From assembly GCF_009914755.1 (NCBI RefSeq), contig NC_060927.1: 64,000 bases of DNA. The stretch is one strand, 5' to 3'. Origin of the DNA: the human T2T-CHM13v2.0 reference genome, Homo sapiens. Below, piece by piece: positions 17,327-33,123 of this stretch; the first letter of the stretch is position 1, and every line of letters begins with the position of its first letter. The notes below the pieces were generated by a model. The model worked only from the letters and a program-made list of their open reading frames with translations, had not been told where the DNA came from and did no database searches. The position numbers and the translations under genes were made by a program.

Positions 17327-17704
17327 TGTAATGACAAGGTCAGTTTGAGAACCTGCCTTCAGTGATAGTGATGCTTTGGCTGAAACAATTCAGCTCAAAC
17401 TCTTGGCATTATGATCATCCTTTTCCTAACATGTGTATTGAAGGTCCCAAAATAGTCCCAGGGCCTGCCTGGCTTTTATGAATATTCTAGCCAGTCCAAA
17501 GGAGGGCAACACATACTGTATCCAGACATGAAACAAATGTCATCAAGGAGGCCACTGAACCACCTCTCTAAAGGAAAGACAGCTGGAGTACTCCACTGGG
17601 CAGAAGATTGGGAAAGAATTGTGGCTGGCAATTTGGCATACAGAAAGAAGAGAAGAGAACACTGTTTTCAAATGGGAAACAGAAAATGAGACGGGAAAAT
17701 GAAA

Positions 17705-20529
17705 GCACATTCCCAGATGGAGCAATTTTATTTCCAAACATGATTCAGAATAGATAGATGCTTTGCTACCTCCACACTGGATTTTCACTTTATAAAATAT
17801 ATTTGCTATTAAAATCATTCATAAAATCTACCTTCCCCTTCGTAGTGGGAAATAAGCAAAGTCAAAGGTTAAAAGGTCATGCATAAAATAGATCCACCAA
17901 GATAATTATATAATAGTCTTAAATTCTTCACAAATCAATAAAACATTAATTTATACTTCACTATACAGCACTTCAAGGTTTTTCTTTATATATTAATGTT
18001 TATATTTCACAGACAATTTTACAAAAAGATTATCATTTTTTTCATAAAATAGGAAAAGAAAGCCACAGTACTAAAAAAAAAAAATCAATCTGCAGAGTGT
18101 AAACATTTTTTATAAGAATACAAACTAAAAGAACAATGAAACTCAAGTACATTATCAGAAACAGTGGTTGACCTCTTTTTTCCTTTACTCCCTTTTCATC
18201 TGAGAGAGCCTTTTAGAGATCCGGAATCATTTGCTGTCTGCAATTACTATAGGCTTTGGCTCACAATTCTGGGGAAAATGCCAATTGAAGGAACCCTGCC
18301 TATACATTTTATTTTCTTTTTCTTCGAGACAGACAACCTCAAAATAAGGTCCAAATATTGGTTCCTTCAAATGGTGTCAAAAAGAATAGTATTATATGAG
18401 GAGGATAGTTATCACAGAATAAGAACTAAAATCCCATTTTTTTTTTTTAGGAAAAAAAGACCTTCGATGATGCAGGTGTCTGTGTATAAGGAACTATGAC
18501 CTACCAAAAAAACCACCACATAAGGAGAGGCCAATATAATTTGCCAGTCTGACAAGACAGTTGGTATTATAAGTGGAAGAGACCTCAAGGATCACATAAT
18601 TCAGCTCTTTGATTTTAGAGGGAGGAAAGACGAGGCCCAGAGATGGGAAGTGGCTTGCCTAAGTACATTAGCAAGTTAGCTTCAATGGTTATTTTTATAC
18701 ACACACAGGCACACATACATACTGTTGCATTGACTTCTGTTTTGTACATAAAATGCTACTGGCTCATACAATACATCAATAAGTATGCAACTTTTCATTT
18801 GTTATTTCGTTGCTGGAAGTGGGAAATACCCCATCTTCCCAGGAGTGAAATGGTTCTACTTTCTCTCCGTGGTGCCCTGTATCATTACTCAGCTCTGCTG
18901 CTGCTCTCCGCAGCCCCTAAAAGTAGCATGGATCGGGGAAGAAGGAAGGACGGCAGGAAGGCAGGCAGAGATCCTCAACTCAAATCACAATTGGAGTGTC
19001 TTGTTGTGTCAAAGATGTTCCCACTGGCAGTGAAGACTTTACATGAAGTTAAGCTTGGGCTGTTGAAACTTCCAGACCTGGCTGGAAGGAGGAGATGGGG
19101 GATCTAGGCAACACCAGGTGCCAGTGTACGCCCTTCACTCAGAACATGAGCTTGTGTTCCTCTGACCCTAAAAAGCGGAGATGAGCAGTGTGTGCCTTGC
19201 CTAAGCTACTGAACTATAAACCTAGATGACTTTACTAGGCGCAGTCATAGTTTCTAATTATTTTAACTTGTATATGCATATAAACACGAAAATATTTATG
19301 CCTATGTTATAGTAGTATTAATAGCTGTTATATCATTTCCACAAAATTACACGTGGTTATAACTGTAGGGAAGGTTTTAAAACCCTAAGGCAGTTTTTTA
19401 AAAAATACCATTGTTTTTAATATTTATTATGGACATCTTTCTGAAAAACCTTAAGTCTAGCTATGTATATTAACATTAAATAACTTAAAAAAATAAACAA
19501 TACATTATATTGTAGCAAAATAGCTCCATTTTAAAGCCATATAAGTGAAAAAATTGAGTTTTCAATAATAGACTAGACCTTCTAAAGGTATTTTTAACAA
19601 TTTTGAACTAATATTAAATGTATTTTCTTTTTTGACTATGCCAAGTATATTCACACTGCTCTTGGTACTTTATGTCAGAAGTATTTTTATGTGAAACACT
19701 AGGTTGTTTCATTTGTCTGTTTTTACTTGCTCTATAATGAAAAGTTTACTCTAAATCTAAATAAGTTTGCTCCCAAATATCTCCCCAAGGAGAAGGGGGA
19801 CAGCATAACCAAAAACACAACAAAAACCTAATGATATATAGATATCCAGTGCATGCGACTTCATATTTTCTAATAGTGGTAGAAAGTAACTTTCAAGTAT
19901 TCCTGTAATCCAACTGGACTTACAGATAGCGATCTCATAAAATGAACATTCTAGAGGAAGAAAGTCCTTTGAGAAACTTGTTCTTTCCAGAAAACCTTTG
20001 CCAAAATTCCCATAGGAAACAAAACCATCCATTCACAAAAGACCAGAGGGTACTTGGTCCCCAGTACTGACCTGAAAGTGCACGCATTTAATACTGCTCT
20101 GAACTCAAGGTTAACTCTAGCAGAATTAAGGAGTCCTCGTTTTTTTAACTTATTAAAGGTCACTCTATGATCCAGAGCTGGAAGAACTGCTTCTAAAAAG
20201 AACGTCCTAATGAAGGCAGGACCCAAAGTTATTTCCAGTTCCTAGTCCTGCTTTCTGTAGCTGTAGGTATCAGTATAGTTGGCTAAGATAACAAGAACAG
20301 AGAGATTGGCCCACTCTGGGAACCAAATTTACATGTTTTGCACTTAAGTTAGTCAAATTCATTTTTAAAAATTAGGTTATCATAAAGACTTCAGTTATGG
20401 AATAGAAATTCCATAACTCGCAAGTAGAGGGGAATGGGAGGAAGAATTAGTCAACTAAAAAGTGCATGTCTTTCCAAAGCAGGTGTAGGAGGTCAAGAGG
20501 GGCTCGAGGCTTCTGGAAGTTTTGCTCCT
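17705..20529 (-). other. NCEH1: NCEH1 3' UTR (~2.8 kb, end approximate; contains a MIR remnant ~18560-18680)
   Basis: Nearly repeat-free AU-rich sequence between the stop codon and the poly(A) signal. Confidence 0.7.
17727..17732 (-). terminator. NCEH1: Poly(A) signal AATAAA of NCEH1 (main candidate)
   Basis: AATAAA on the minus strand followed ~25-50 nt later by a U-rich element (TTTCATTTTTCCCGTCTCATTTTCTGTTT). Confidence 0.7.
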
Positions 20530-21147
20530 TTACAGGTTTTGATCTAGCCACTTGATGTAACTATTCCTAGTCCGGATTCCCACTGAGAAGTTGGTGGGCC
20601 AGCTAGTGAAAATCATACATCCGTGAAAGCCATCCTCAAAGTGATCCAGGGTCACCTCCACACCGGCACTCTCCAAACGCTTGGCATACATGATGCCATC
20701 GTCTCTGAGGACATCATGCTCACACGTCAGAATGTAGGTCTTTGGGAGGAGCTGCAGCACTGCCTGGTCTGCAATGAGTGGGGCGGAGCGGGCATCCAGC
20801 AACTGAGGAAGCTCCTGGACAATCCTGGCATTGCCTGTGGTCTGTACAACAGGCTTGTAGTTCTTTGTGAAGGATGCAGGCAAGAGGGATGTCCAGTTTA
20901 GACGGGCCCTGACAGCAGCAGCCTCTTCCACATCAAGTGAAGTGTGATTGTTAACGATCATTGCCTGCACAAAGTCATAGTTGCCTTTGAAGTAGTCCAC
21001 CCAATACTTCACCATGACATAGCGGGGCAGGATTGGGGTGTTCACATTTTGCTGATAAGATGGTGTGTTAAAATCTAAAGCTTGAAGAACTGGATAAATT
21101 AAAGCTTGTAGTTTGAGCTTATTTTTTAGGCTGGCATCTTGAGTAAA
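20530..21147 (-). CDS. NCEH1: NCEH1 last coding exon (exon 5): [19 protein letters not shown]...HDVLRDDG...GFHG...WLDQNL*
   Basis: Pyrimidine tract and AG acceptor at 21148-21149; 618 nt in phase 0 ending in TAA. Carries the catalytic Asp (HDVLRDD) and His (GFHG) motifs of GDXG lipases. Confidence 0.97.
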
Positions 21148-22970
21148 CTAGAGAAGAGGAAGCAAATACATTATTTCATTTTGCATGCCTTCTTTTATAG
21201 GAACCATACCCTGTAGAGTAGCTTCATGTGTTACTCTGAATCTGTCAATGGTATAAGTGTTACATTTCTACCAGGCACTGTATAAATAATAAAGTTTAAA
21301 AAATAATTCTCCATCATTACCATCACCACCCTATCAAGCTGCTAGATATTTAACTAAGAAAGGTATGATGTTTACAACTCAGTTTTGAGTGAACCCTGTA
21401 CTTGTATCTATCTTTAGGCAGTTAAGACACCTAGGTATTATGAATGGATAATGTGTGAACCTTATTTAATTTTTTATTCCCTACAAAACCCCCAAAAAGG
21501 TCATGGCTTCCTAGGGGGAAAAAAATTAGTCTTATTCTTCCAGAAGAGAGGGGCAGAAAAAACTTAATAAGCAGATTATGAGACTCCTGAGTGTTTAAGT
21601 AGGACCTCAGGGTATGCTTTCTGGTGAGCATCTTCACGCTTGGTGAGACAGAATTTAAATAGTTCTGGCAATGCACCCTCCATTCTACATAATGAGCATA
21701 TGCCAGAGTGAAGTTGTCATGGGAATGTGAATGAATCCCCTACCTCAACAGATCTCAGTCCCCCAACACCTCCCCACAGTGTTAACATTGCCCCATTTTG
21801 TAATTCTAGTGTGCAAAATTATATATTTGTCGTGTAACATCTAAAAGAAAGCTAACTAGTCATGAAGCTTCATAGACAACTAAATGATCTTCAAGGTAAC
21901 TTTAGCCATACACTTCTGCTTCATACTTGGACTTTAGAAACCCATTCCCAGGTGAGATATGACTGCTCTCCAAAAGCAAGAATGGTCAGTAAATAGCACT
22001 TTGAATATGTGCCAAAAATTGTATACACATCACCTCACTAAGTCCTTGCAACAGCCCTGCAATCAGATGACACTGTCCTCGTTTTTCTGAGGCTCAGAGA
22101 GGTTAAGGGACTTATCCAGGGCCCCGCAGCACTCAACGGTGGGTCCTGGGTTAGATCCCAGTGCTGTCTGGCTTCAAAGCCAAGAATGTTCTCTCCACTG
22201 AGCCAAGACTCTCTTCTGACCATATTTGGATGGAAAACTTGCCAATGCCAAATGGAAAATCAAGTTCTTGAATTATAGCAAAAGAGTTAGAAGCCAAGGT
22301 ACATCATAATTAGAATGACAGATGGTATTTGAGGACACCAAATGAAATTTGGAGGTGAGAAGACAAAGATGTCTTAAGTTACTTCATCCATAACAGGAAG
22401 AAAATGTGCTTTTTCCCACTTGCCAAAAAAATTGGGGTGCTATTAGAAGCTAGATATAGTTTTCAAAGAATTAAACCAGGTAAAGCTCATAGTAACTTGT
22501 AAGATAATATTTAAATGGCTGAATCGTTTAATTTCTTTCTTTTACATTAAAAAAAAGTTGGGGAAACAAATTTTAAGGTTTTAATTTGGCTCAAAGTTGT
22601 AAGGAACAATCTTAGGAACTGGAATTTAAGCAAAAATACTCCGATTTGCAAGTCAAACATGAAAAAGGAGCAGGGGATACTGGAGTTCCATACATAGCCC
22701 TGAGAAGCAAGGGATGTCAGCCCTTCTCTAACACTGACTGTAATCAGGGACTTTACAAAGACTCATAGGTGATACTTCCTCCAATGACTCATCTTCCTAC
22801 TTCAACGAGATCTCTGAGAGCTCTACAAGTGTAATCACATGAACAATTTGGCCATCTAGTGACCGGCCCACCCAGCTATGCATTTGCCACACATAATGGA
22901 GGGTGTGTTGGTCTGCTAGACCTTGTCATGCACCGCTTAACCCACCAGCACCTTAGGACAGTGGTGTTAC

Positions 22971-23142
22971 CTGTTGTCCAAGGGCAGCAGCCAGATTTCC
23001 ACCAGCACTGTCACCAGAAATGCAAATTCTGCCTGGATCAACCATATACTTCTGTAAGACTTCTGGCTTCAGGAAATACTTTGTGGCCCGTACAACATCA
23101 TGAATTTGCTCAGGAAAATAAACCTTTGGAACTAGCCTGTAT
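22971..23142 (-). CDS. NCEH1: NCEH1 exon 4 with nucleophile motif GDSAG
   Basis: ttttacag acceptor and CAG/gtaac donor; 172 nt, phase-compatible with exons 3 and 5; [16 protein letters not shown]...[17 protein letters not shown]. Confidence 0.97.
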
Positions 23143-24521
23143 CTGTAAAAACAAAAGTTGTATTCATTTAAGGCCTTCTCCAATTTTGGGGGACATTTAA
23201 AGTTTAGATGGAAACTGGTTCTTTTAAATCTGGAAATAGATAAGAAATTAATTCAATGGAATTATTGTATGAAAAAGAAAAAATAATAAAATATAAAAAT
23301 AAACCATTTTCTTGCAAATCAAATACTTAGTTTAAAATGTGATGATTTTGTATTAGTAATAGTACTATTTTTCTTTAAACTATCAGCCACCAAACCAAAC
23401 CTACTTACCACCAAGAACAACCAAAATAAAACTAACAAGTAAAAGGCGAATGTTCATTACAAAGACATGGATAGCACCGTAATAGATTTTAGAATTTTAT
23501 TTCTGGAAGTCAGCATTCCATTCATAATGCCTCTGGGTTACGAGGTGACTTGGCAGGATTAACCACTTCATTGATCTCACATTTAATGAGTCCATCATTT
23601 ACTTCATATAATAAAACTGTACTTCACTGGAGAGGTCCATATTAGCCTGACATTAAACCCAAGAAATGCATTCAATACCTGGAAGACTGTAACTAAAAGG
23701 CCGGTTGTTAACTCACAAAAGGGAAGCTAAGTTTTCCAGACGGCCTAGAGCAGGCCCTCGGGGATACTTCTGGGGCTTCTCCAACTGGCCCCACTTCGCA
23801 AGATCAGAGTCCTTTGGAATCCTACTCTGTACACCTAGTAGAATTCATATCCCCTTAAGATTCCCAGAAAGCTCTGGTTTTGTCAAATGCCTCACCCATA
23901 GTGTTATCTTACACATCTACATTGGCAATCTTGGTTTAGAGTTCCCTCTCACTCTCTACTCCCCTCTTTTGCTTATTAATTCTCACTCATCCTTTAAGCC
24001 TTAACTGGAGGGTTTGGCCTCCTCTGGGCAGCCTTCCTTGGTCATATCTCCACTTGCTTTTGGGCTTGAACTGGCTACCATTCCTTGATATTTCTATGTG
24101 CCAGGGTACGTCACTCACTGTTCTTATTGGCTCATATGAAAATTATCATATGTTTTTCCTAAAGATTGTGTTCTCTGATATCAGGAACTGTGTTTTATTC
24201 ATAACTGTGCTTCCAGTATCTGCCAATGTGAGGGGCACATAATCATCCATCCAATAAATCTTTTTTGAGTATTAACATACCTTCATTTTGCAAACGAAGA
24301 AACTAAGGCATACAAAAGTTACTTGATTTGCAAAAACTCAAAAACAGACCAAAATTAGGTAGGATAAAAACTAATTACCTAATTAAAAATTAATAACAGC
24401 CAATGAAGACTCAAGACTTTTGATTTCCATCTTATAATTAGCATACTTATTTTCACAAACTAATTTTTTCTAAGCTACTCTAAATAAAGACATTTATTTT
24501 CCACAGTCTAAAATCCAGCTA

Positions 24522-25104
<583 letters not shown>

Positions 25105-25256
25105 ATCCTGCTAGGTAATTAAACATCTTGACATTCATTGTAGATAAAATCAAATGGACAAATGTTTGTGAAATACGTTGACAAGTAGTGAATGTGGATC
25201 TGGTCATTCCGGAATTACCACATTTTGAAACTAAATGCAATAAAAAAACTCCCTTA

Positions 25257-25331
25257 GTGGAGGCGGAGCTTGCAGTGAGCTGAGATCGCGCCACTGCACT
25301 CCAGCCTGGGCGACAGAACGAGACTCTGTCC

Positions 25332-25360
<29 letters not shown>
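25257..25360 (+). mobile_element. 5'-truncated AluY 3' end
   Basis: GGAGGCGGAGCTTGCAGTGAG plus long poly(A); TSD tcccttag. Confidence 0.88.
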
Positions 25361-25366
<6 letters not shown>

Positions 25367-26059
25367 AGCGTTTGCCATATAGCAGATAAAATAAATTTTC
25401 TAATTTCTTATTTTTCCATCTGGGGTGGTCAATTAATCATGCAAAATGCTTTTTTTTTCCAGTTGATTTTTCACTATGTATGAAAGCTGCTGCTATATAA
25501 TCTATATAATTCCATTTGAGCAAAAAAGTAGAATTACGCAGTTTTGTCCACTAGATGACATCATTTCATATGAGTCTATTTACCCCTAGTTCTTGGGGTG
25601 GGGGGTGGGTCTCAATTTTTAATCTTCAGTATTACCAAGCTGAACTTTTAATTTTAATAAAAACAAATGTACTTCATGACTCAAGTTGTGAAAACAAAGG
25701 TTATTTCATTTCAGCAATATCCCACATATCACAATAAACTGTTTTCCTGGTTGCCCAGATGGTCAGAACATATCCACTAGCATCCATATGTCAAATAAGT
25801 TGAGTTTTTAGATGTTATTTCAGAAAAGGTCTGAGAGACTTTGATCAAAGGCAATTGGTAACCTAAAAAAAACATGCTACTGCTCAATCTTCTCAATTAA
25901 TAATTGGCTTATATAATAGGATAAACATGCTTAAAAACAAACAGGTTATGATGCAAGAGTGTTCCTGGTGCCATAAAGATCCATGGCCTAACCCCTCCCC
26001 TCATCTGTTTTCATGCTGGAAACATTCTTCAGTTTTACTCAATAAAAATGGACACTTTT

Positions 26060-26625
<566 letters not shown>

Positions 26626-27474
26626 TCAATATTTAAAAACTGCAGATCTTAAAGCACCTGATACGTAAATATCAAAGATGTTATATCATATTAATATTAT
26701 GGATGCATATATATTCCTCAATTTGCCCAACTCACTTCAGGGAGAGGATGACTCTGCAATGACAAGTGGATTACCTAGCTTTATCACTGCATGTAACTCC
26801 CATCAGAAGAACAAAATTTGGTGTAAATTCAGGCATGAGGTTTAATCAAATTAATGTGTACAGTCTATCAAAATGACCATATTCCTGCTGGGTGAGGTAC
26901 CTTGCCAAATGTTCTACAGACGTATGTCACTCAAATCTCAAGCAAACTTCTGGGTTTAAGGATGAGAATGTGAGGTTGAAGGAAAATGTGTAACTTGTCT
27001 GTAACAGCTAGAAGTGGCAGAACTGGGATCTGAACTCACAACTGACTTCAAACCTATGCCCCCAAGCCCCGAATGACACCAATGTGCTAAGAGGGTTGAA
27101 ATGCGCAATTCTTCCTCAAAATAACCTAACCTGGAAGCCATATGCACAACCTTCTGCTGTGGAAGGGACGCCAAGTTCTCTTCATATAGTACTACTTAGG
27201 TGAAAGATACATGCGGCATTCTGGAATAAAATTATACTCCTATCAGATTCAGCAGGAGAGAGGATAAGCCTCACTCCTTTTCCAGCTTTTTTACTTTTCA
27301 CCATCACCCAAGAAAATCTCAATAGATTCATTTTGGGAACATAAAAGAGTTAATATTCCCCACTGTCTTAGGGGTATTTTTAGTAGGGGATATCCAAAAC
27401 AAATCAATAATTAAATCCAGATTGTGCTCTCTGAGTGAGACAACTCCAGAGGGAGAATCTATTTATTCCACTAA

Positions 27475-27860
<386 letters not shown>

Positions 27861-29211
27861 CCTGTCCCCTTTAAGAGACAGTCTTGCTCTGTCACCCAGG
27901 CTTGAGTGCAGTGACACCATCATAACTCACTGCAGCCTCAAATTCCTGGCCACAAGCAATCCTCTCACCTCTGCCTCCCTAAGTGCTGGAATTACGGGTG
28001 TGAGCCACTGCATCCCACCCAGAAGCTTCCTTTTCATTAAAAGAACATATAATAAAACTGTGCTCGAGGGGAAGGAATGTGGATGGATGACTGTTTCTCC
28101 AAAACTGCACCATTGCACTCCACCCTAGGCAACAGAGTGAGACTCTGTCTCAAAAATAAATAAATAAAAAATACATAAACTAGAGGTAAAAAAATACTCT
28201 ATTATAGTTAAACTGCACTGAAATTTATAAATATAAGGCCTTTTATATTCTAGATTGTATAAATGAGGATACATCTGCAAATCTTAGATAAACACTGTAA
28301 TGTATTTAACAAATACTTATTGTGCAATTAATATGTAAAAATAGTATAGCGTTGTAGAAGCTACTGAGTAGGAGACATAGCTTTTACGTAGGTTTTGTAC
28401 TCAAGGACTTCACCTATCAGTCATTTGGTCTGTCCCCAGACCCTTGAGCCAGCATGAGTGACATGAATCATGGAGTCCCAACTCCTGGTGCTCATAAGAG
28501 GTGATTCCATTACCAAGGCTGCTGGAACCCCTGCCCACCAGCTTCCTCAGATAAAAACCTTCCCCAGTGCCATAATCCACATGAAAGAATAGCAAAGCCA
28601 TGACGCCACTACCCACTCTAGAGGGCCTCAAGGCAAGGAGCTGCTGGCTCCAGACAGCCTGTCTTCTAGAAGGCGGAGCTCCAGAAGAACCAAGCGTCCA
28701 CCATCCTCCTAAAGACTCTTGGAATCATCCACACTTACTTCTGTTTTCCTCAGTCGTCCCTCCGTCTGTCTTCTCTCACATTTCATTCCCTCACTGCTCT
28801 CTGCCTCGTCCCTCCCCTCCCAAGCCCTCTTACTACACCACTTTGGTCTTCCATGACAAATCCACTTTTTCTAATGAGGTTCTGCTCATTCTTAGGGGTT
28901 TCATCCAAACATCACTTTCTTTAAGACACCTTTTCTGATCCTTTAAACGAGGTAAGATCTTGCCTGTTAGATGTCTCTGTTACTACTTGCCCTTCTACTT
29001 CCCATCACTTATCACACTTTTAACATTACTTATTCAAGGTCTTTCTCTTCTAGATCATAAACTCTATGAGGGCAGGAATTAAGTCATTCTTACATTGTTA
29101 TGTCACCAGCATTTAACACGGTAACTAGCACAAAACAGGAATCCAGTAAATATTTATGGAATAAAAGAAAGAAGAAAGAAGCGAGCCACTGAGATCCCGC
29201 TCTGAACTGCT

Positions 29212-29528
29212 TTTTTTTTCTATTTTTTTGTTTTGTTTTGTTTTGAGATAGGGTCTCTCTCTGTCACCCAGGCTGGAGTGCAGTGGCGCAATCTCAGCTC
29301 ACTGCAGCCTTGATCTCCTATGCTCAAGCAGTCTTTCCAACCCAGCCTCTTGAGTAGCTGGAACTACAGGCATGCACCACCATGCCTGGCTAATTGTTTT
29401 TTAACTTTTTGTAAGACAGGGTTTTGCCATATTGTCCAGGCTGGTTTTGAACTCCTGGACTCAAGTGATCCACCTGCCTCAGCCTCCCAACGTGTTGGGA
29501 TTACAGGTGTGAGCCACTACACCAGGCC
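29212..29528 (-). mobile_element. AluJ-like
   Basis: Diverged full dimer. Confidence 0.88.
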
Positions 29529-29945
29529 TGAACATCGTTTCCAAGAGAAACATCATGATCATATAATGTTGGCTGTACCTCAACTACAGCATAGGTTATA
29601 AAGTGCTCTTGGGTTAGCCTGAATCTTAACAAGGATTACTATCTTGCTATTTCTACAAAAAAAAAAAAAAAAAAAAAGAAAAAGAAAAAAAAGTACTGTG
29701 AGTTCCAAACATGCTGATAAATAAACGTGTAAGTTGTCCTTTTCATTCTATAGGCTAGATAGAGCAATAATCCTCCAGACTCAGCTAGTGCTTTTGAATA
29801 TCTGAACTCCTCTTATATCAATTGTCTAAAATGATTCTCATGACAATTCTCTGCAGTCATTATCCCAACTCAGCATGCATTTACCTAGCATGCACACTCC
29901 AAGCCTTGTACTGGGTTCTGGAGATGCAAAGGAAGGAAGACGTGA

Positions 29946-30291
<346 letters not shown>

Positions 30292-31124
30292 CTTTGCTTT
30301 GTTTTTTAAAAAATAGGGTCTCCCTGTGTTGCCTAGGCTGGACTCGAACTCCTGGGCTCAAGTAATCCTTGTACCTCAGCCTCTCAAGTAAGGCACACCA
30401 CCATACCTCACTGTTTTCCCAGTAGCTCACATTCTAAACATACAGGAAGGGTTCTCAACCCCATTTTGCACATGAGTTTAAATGACCTGCTTGAGGTCAC
30501 ACAGTCATGAGTGATGGAACTTGACTGCCATATGCTCATGCCTCCCATCTGGACACCATGTTGTATAGATTAGGAACAATGCAAAGTTTAAATCAAAGCA
30601 GTCCCTTCTAAATTTTAGCCCTTTTCAAAAAAATCCTCTTAAATATATCTTATTCTTCTGTGTCTTATGATAAGCCTTGCAATACCCATTTTACTTGAGA
30701 CAGATGCTGATAAGGGGAGAAGGGAATGGAGGAACGGTTTAGGGCATGTGGCCAAATAGTGATATTGAAGCCCGGAGGGTAGGCCCTGTGGTAAATGGAA
30801 AATCTGCACGGTGCCAACTGAAGCAAGCCCAGCTTCCCTCCTTTTCTCAGGCCTGCAAGGAGCTGGGGCTACACAAGAAACCAACTGAATGGCCCCTGAA
30901 GCTTGTTCCTCAACACCGAGCTGTAGGGCCTTGTCTCCTTAAACATCCCCTGTGCTTTCCTCTGGCCAGCTGCTCAGGCCAACTGCCCAAATCATTTCCT
31001 TGAAGGTTCCTGTATTACCAAACTGCACTGACAACCCTTGAGTAATCTGGGAGGCCTTGCTGAGAGTCCAGAAAGGTCCAGGTGCGGTGGCTGCTTCCTC
31101 AGCAGATTTGGCTCCAGCTGTCTG

Positions 31125-31327
31125 GACTCTAGGGCTTTTGGGTGACTGCAGGGCTTTTGGGTGACTGCAGGGCTTTTGGGTGACTCTAGGGCTTTTGAGT
31201 GACTCTAGGGCTTTGGGGTGACTCTAGGGCTTTGGGGTGACTCTAGGGCTTTTGAGTGACTCTAGGGCTTTTGAGTGACTCTAGGGCTTTGGGGTGACTC
31301 TAGGGCTTTTGGGTGACTCTAGGGCTT
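31125..31327. repeat. 19-bp minisatellite, ~10.7 copies of GACTCTAGGGCTTTTGGGT
   Basis: Tandem units read directly, with four variants. Confidence 0.97.
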
Positions 31328-32675
31328 CTGTCAACAGGGTCAGAACTGCCTCAGTGACTCTGAGCAGCCCCTTTCAAGAGACTGCAGAAGAAAAGATCCA
31401 CTCAAATCTGGAGTAGGAGCAAGGAGGTGGCGCACCATGAACAGGAGGATAGCTGACAGAGAGGCAGAGGGAAGAAGAGAACTGAATGAGCCTGGGGCAA
31501 GAAAAAGTGGTTGGCGTCATGGCCCTGCCACTCAGCATTATAAGCTCCCTTCAATAGTGGCTTGAAACTGGATCAAAAAGGTCCAGAGACCTCAGGAACT
31601 ATCTGACTTATTCCCCTACCCCATCTATGCGATGAGCTAGCTATCTGGCCTTATGCACATCACTTAGCTTCTTGGGTCTCAATTTCCTCACTTATGAAAA
31701 AGATATCAAAATATCTTGGATGTTTTATATGAGAATTAAGGTGCTTCATTCATTCATTCCATAAATATTTACTGAATGCTCACCATATGCCAGGGATGTT
31801 TCCAGGCACTAATGATTCAGCAATAAACAAAACAAACAACAATCCTGAAATGTTTGCCTTTATAAAATTCATATTGTCTATTTCCACTTATTACAATAAA
31901 CATAATAAGTCAAATATGTGGTTTGTCAGATATTGATGATAGCTTTGGAGAGAAATGAAACAGAGGAACGTGGGTTGCAATTTCACAAAGGCTTGTCAAA
32001 AAAAGGCTTGGCTGAGAGGATGGTATCTAAAAAAGACCTAAAGAAGAAGAGACACGTGTGCAAAAGCATTCGCACAATGCCTGGTACAAAAAAGATGGCG
32101 TGATTTTTGTGTTGTATTATTATTATCATCAAAATTATTATAATTATTATTCACATTCTTCTTAGTTGCCCAGAAAAGTGGCTTATACAGAACTGACAGA
32201 GACAACCCAAAATATTAATATTACTACTATTACTACTAACCACACCATTAAAATTTGTTGAACACGTATTTCTGTTCCCAAGGCACAAGTCATAGAACCT
32301 GACTCTAAGAGAGCAACTTTTTCAACTCTCAGCTGTAGAAGAGATTCTCTTAAAATCCTTACTACTTTTTAGATTTAAAAAGTTATATGTTGCAGGTAAC
32401 TGATTGCATACTTCTCTAGGTTTTTAGTTAATCCTTTTTTCAGTTTTCAAAACTAACGGTGAAAAGGTAATTTGAAGTGTTATAAAGCTAGTTCAATAAA
32501 TTTTGTTACATCAGAAATCATTTTTCTGATTATGCTGAGTGTGACTTTGGGCATATCTCTTTGCCAACTTGAGACCTTTATTTTTTACTTTATCACTTGT
32601 AAAACAAAGTAACCAGACTGTTATCTAGAATTCCTTTATAAGAAAAATTTTCTATGACTAGCATTAATTACTTAC

Positions 32676-32745
32676 TCAATGGAAACAATGACAGCATTCA
32701 ATTCCTCAGCCATTGCTGTACACAGCTCATCATAATACCTGATTT
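32676..32745 (-). CDS. NCEH1: NCEH1 exon 3 ([24 protein letters not shown]), too short for the ORF track
   Basis: tttag acceptor and GA/gtaagt donor; 70 nt joining exon 2 (phase 1) to exon 4 (phase 2) in frame. Confidence 0.96.
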
Positions 32746-33123
32746 CTAAAAGACACAAAGGGAACAATCATTACAAAACAGGTCATTTAATACTGTCCAC
32801 TCATAAATTCTGCTAAGTGTGAATTGTTTTTAGGCTTGGAGCTAATACTAAAAACAAATAATAAAAAGCAAATGTGAACAAATAATAGAGTTACATGTAC
32901 ACATGAAAAATTAAATCTGATTTCTAATAACATGCAACTACTATATAACAGGAAATGCATAGTTTAGTTTTGAATATATTACTATCTAAATATTTATTTC
33001 ATAACGGACTATATGAAATGCACCAAATTAATCCTGATTTTATAGCTCTTCAAATGTATACATCTTTCTGGAAAAAAAATCACAGCAAATAAGCAGTCTC
33101 TTCCTTAGAATCATGCAATTTTA

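Noticed and set aside
18643-19107. 154-aa plus-strand ORF antisense to the NCEH1 3' UTR
   Set aside because: Starts in a MIR remnant, has no recognisable domain and no supporting exon structure.
31125-31327. Regular short repeats resembling a CRISPR array
   Set aside because: Head-to-tail units with no unique spacers, in eukaryotic DNA; this is a minisatellite.
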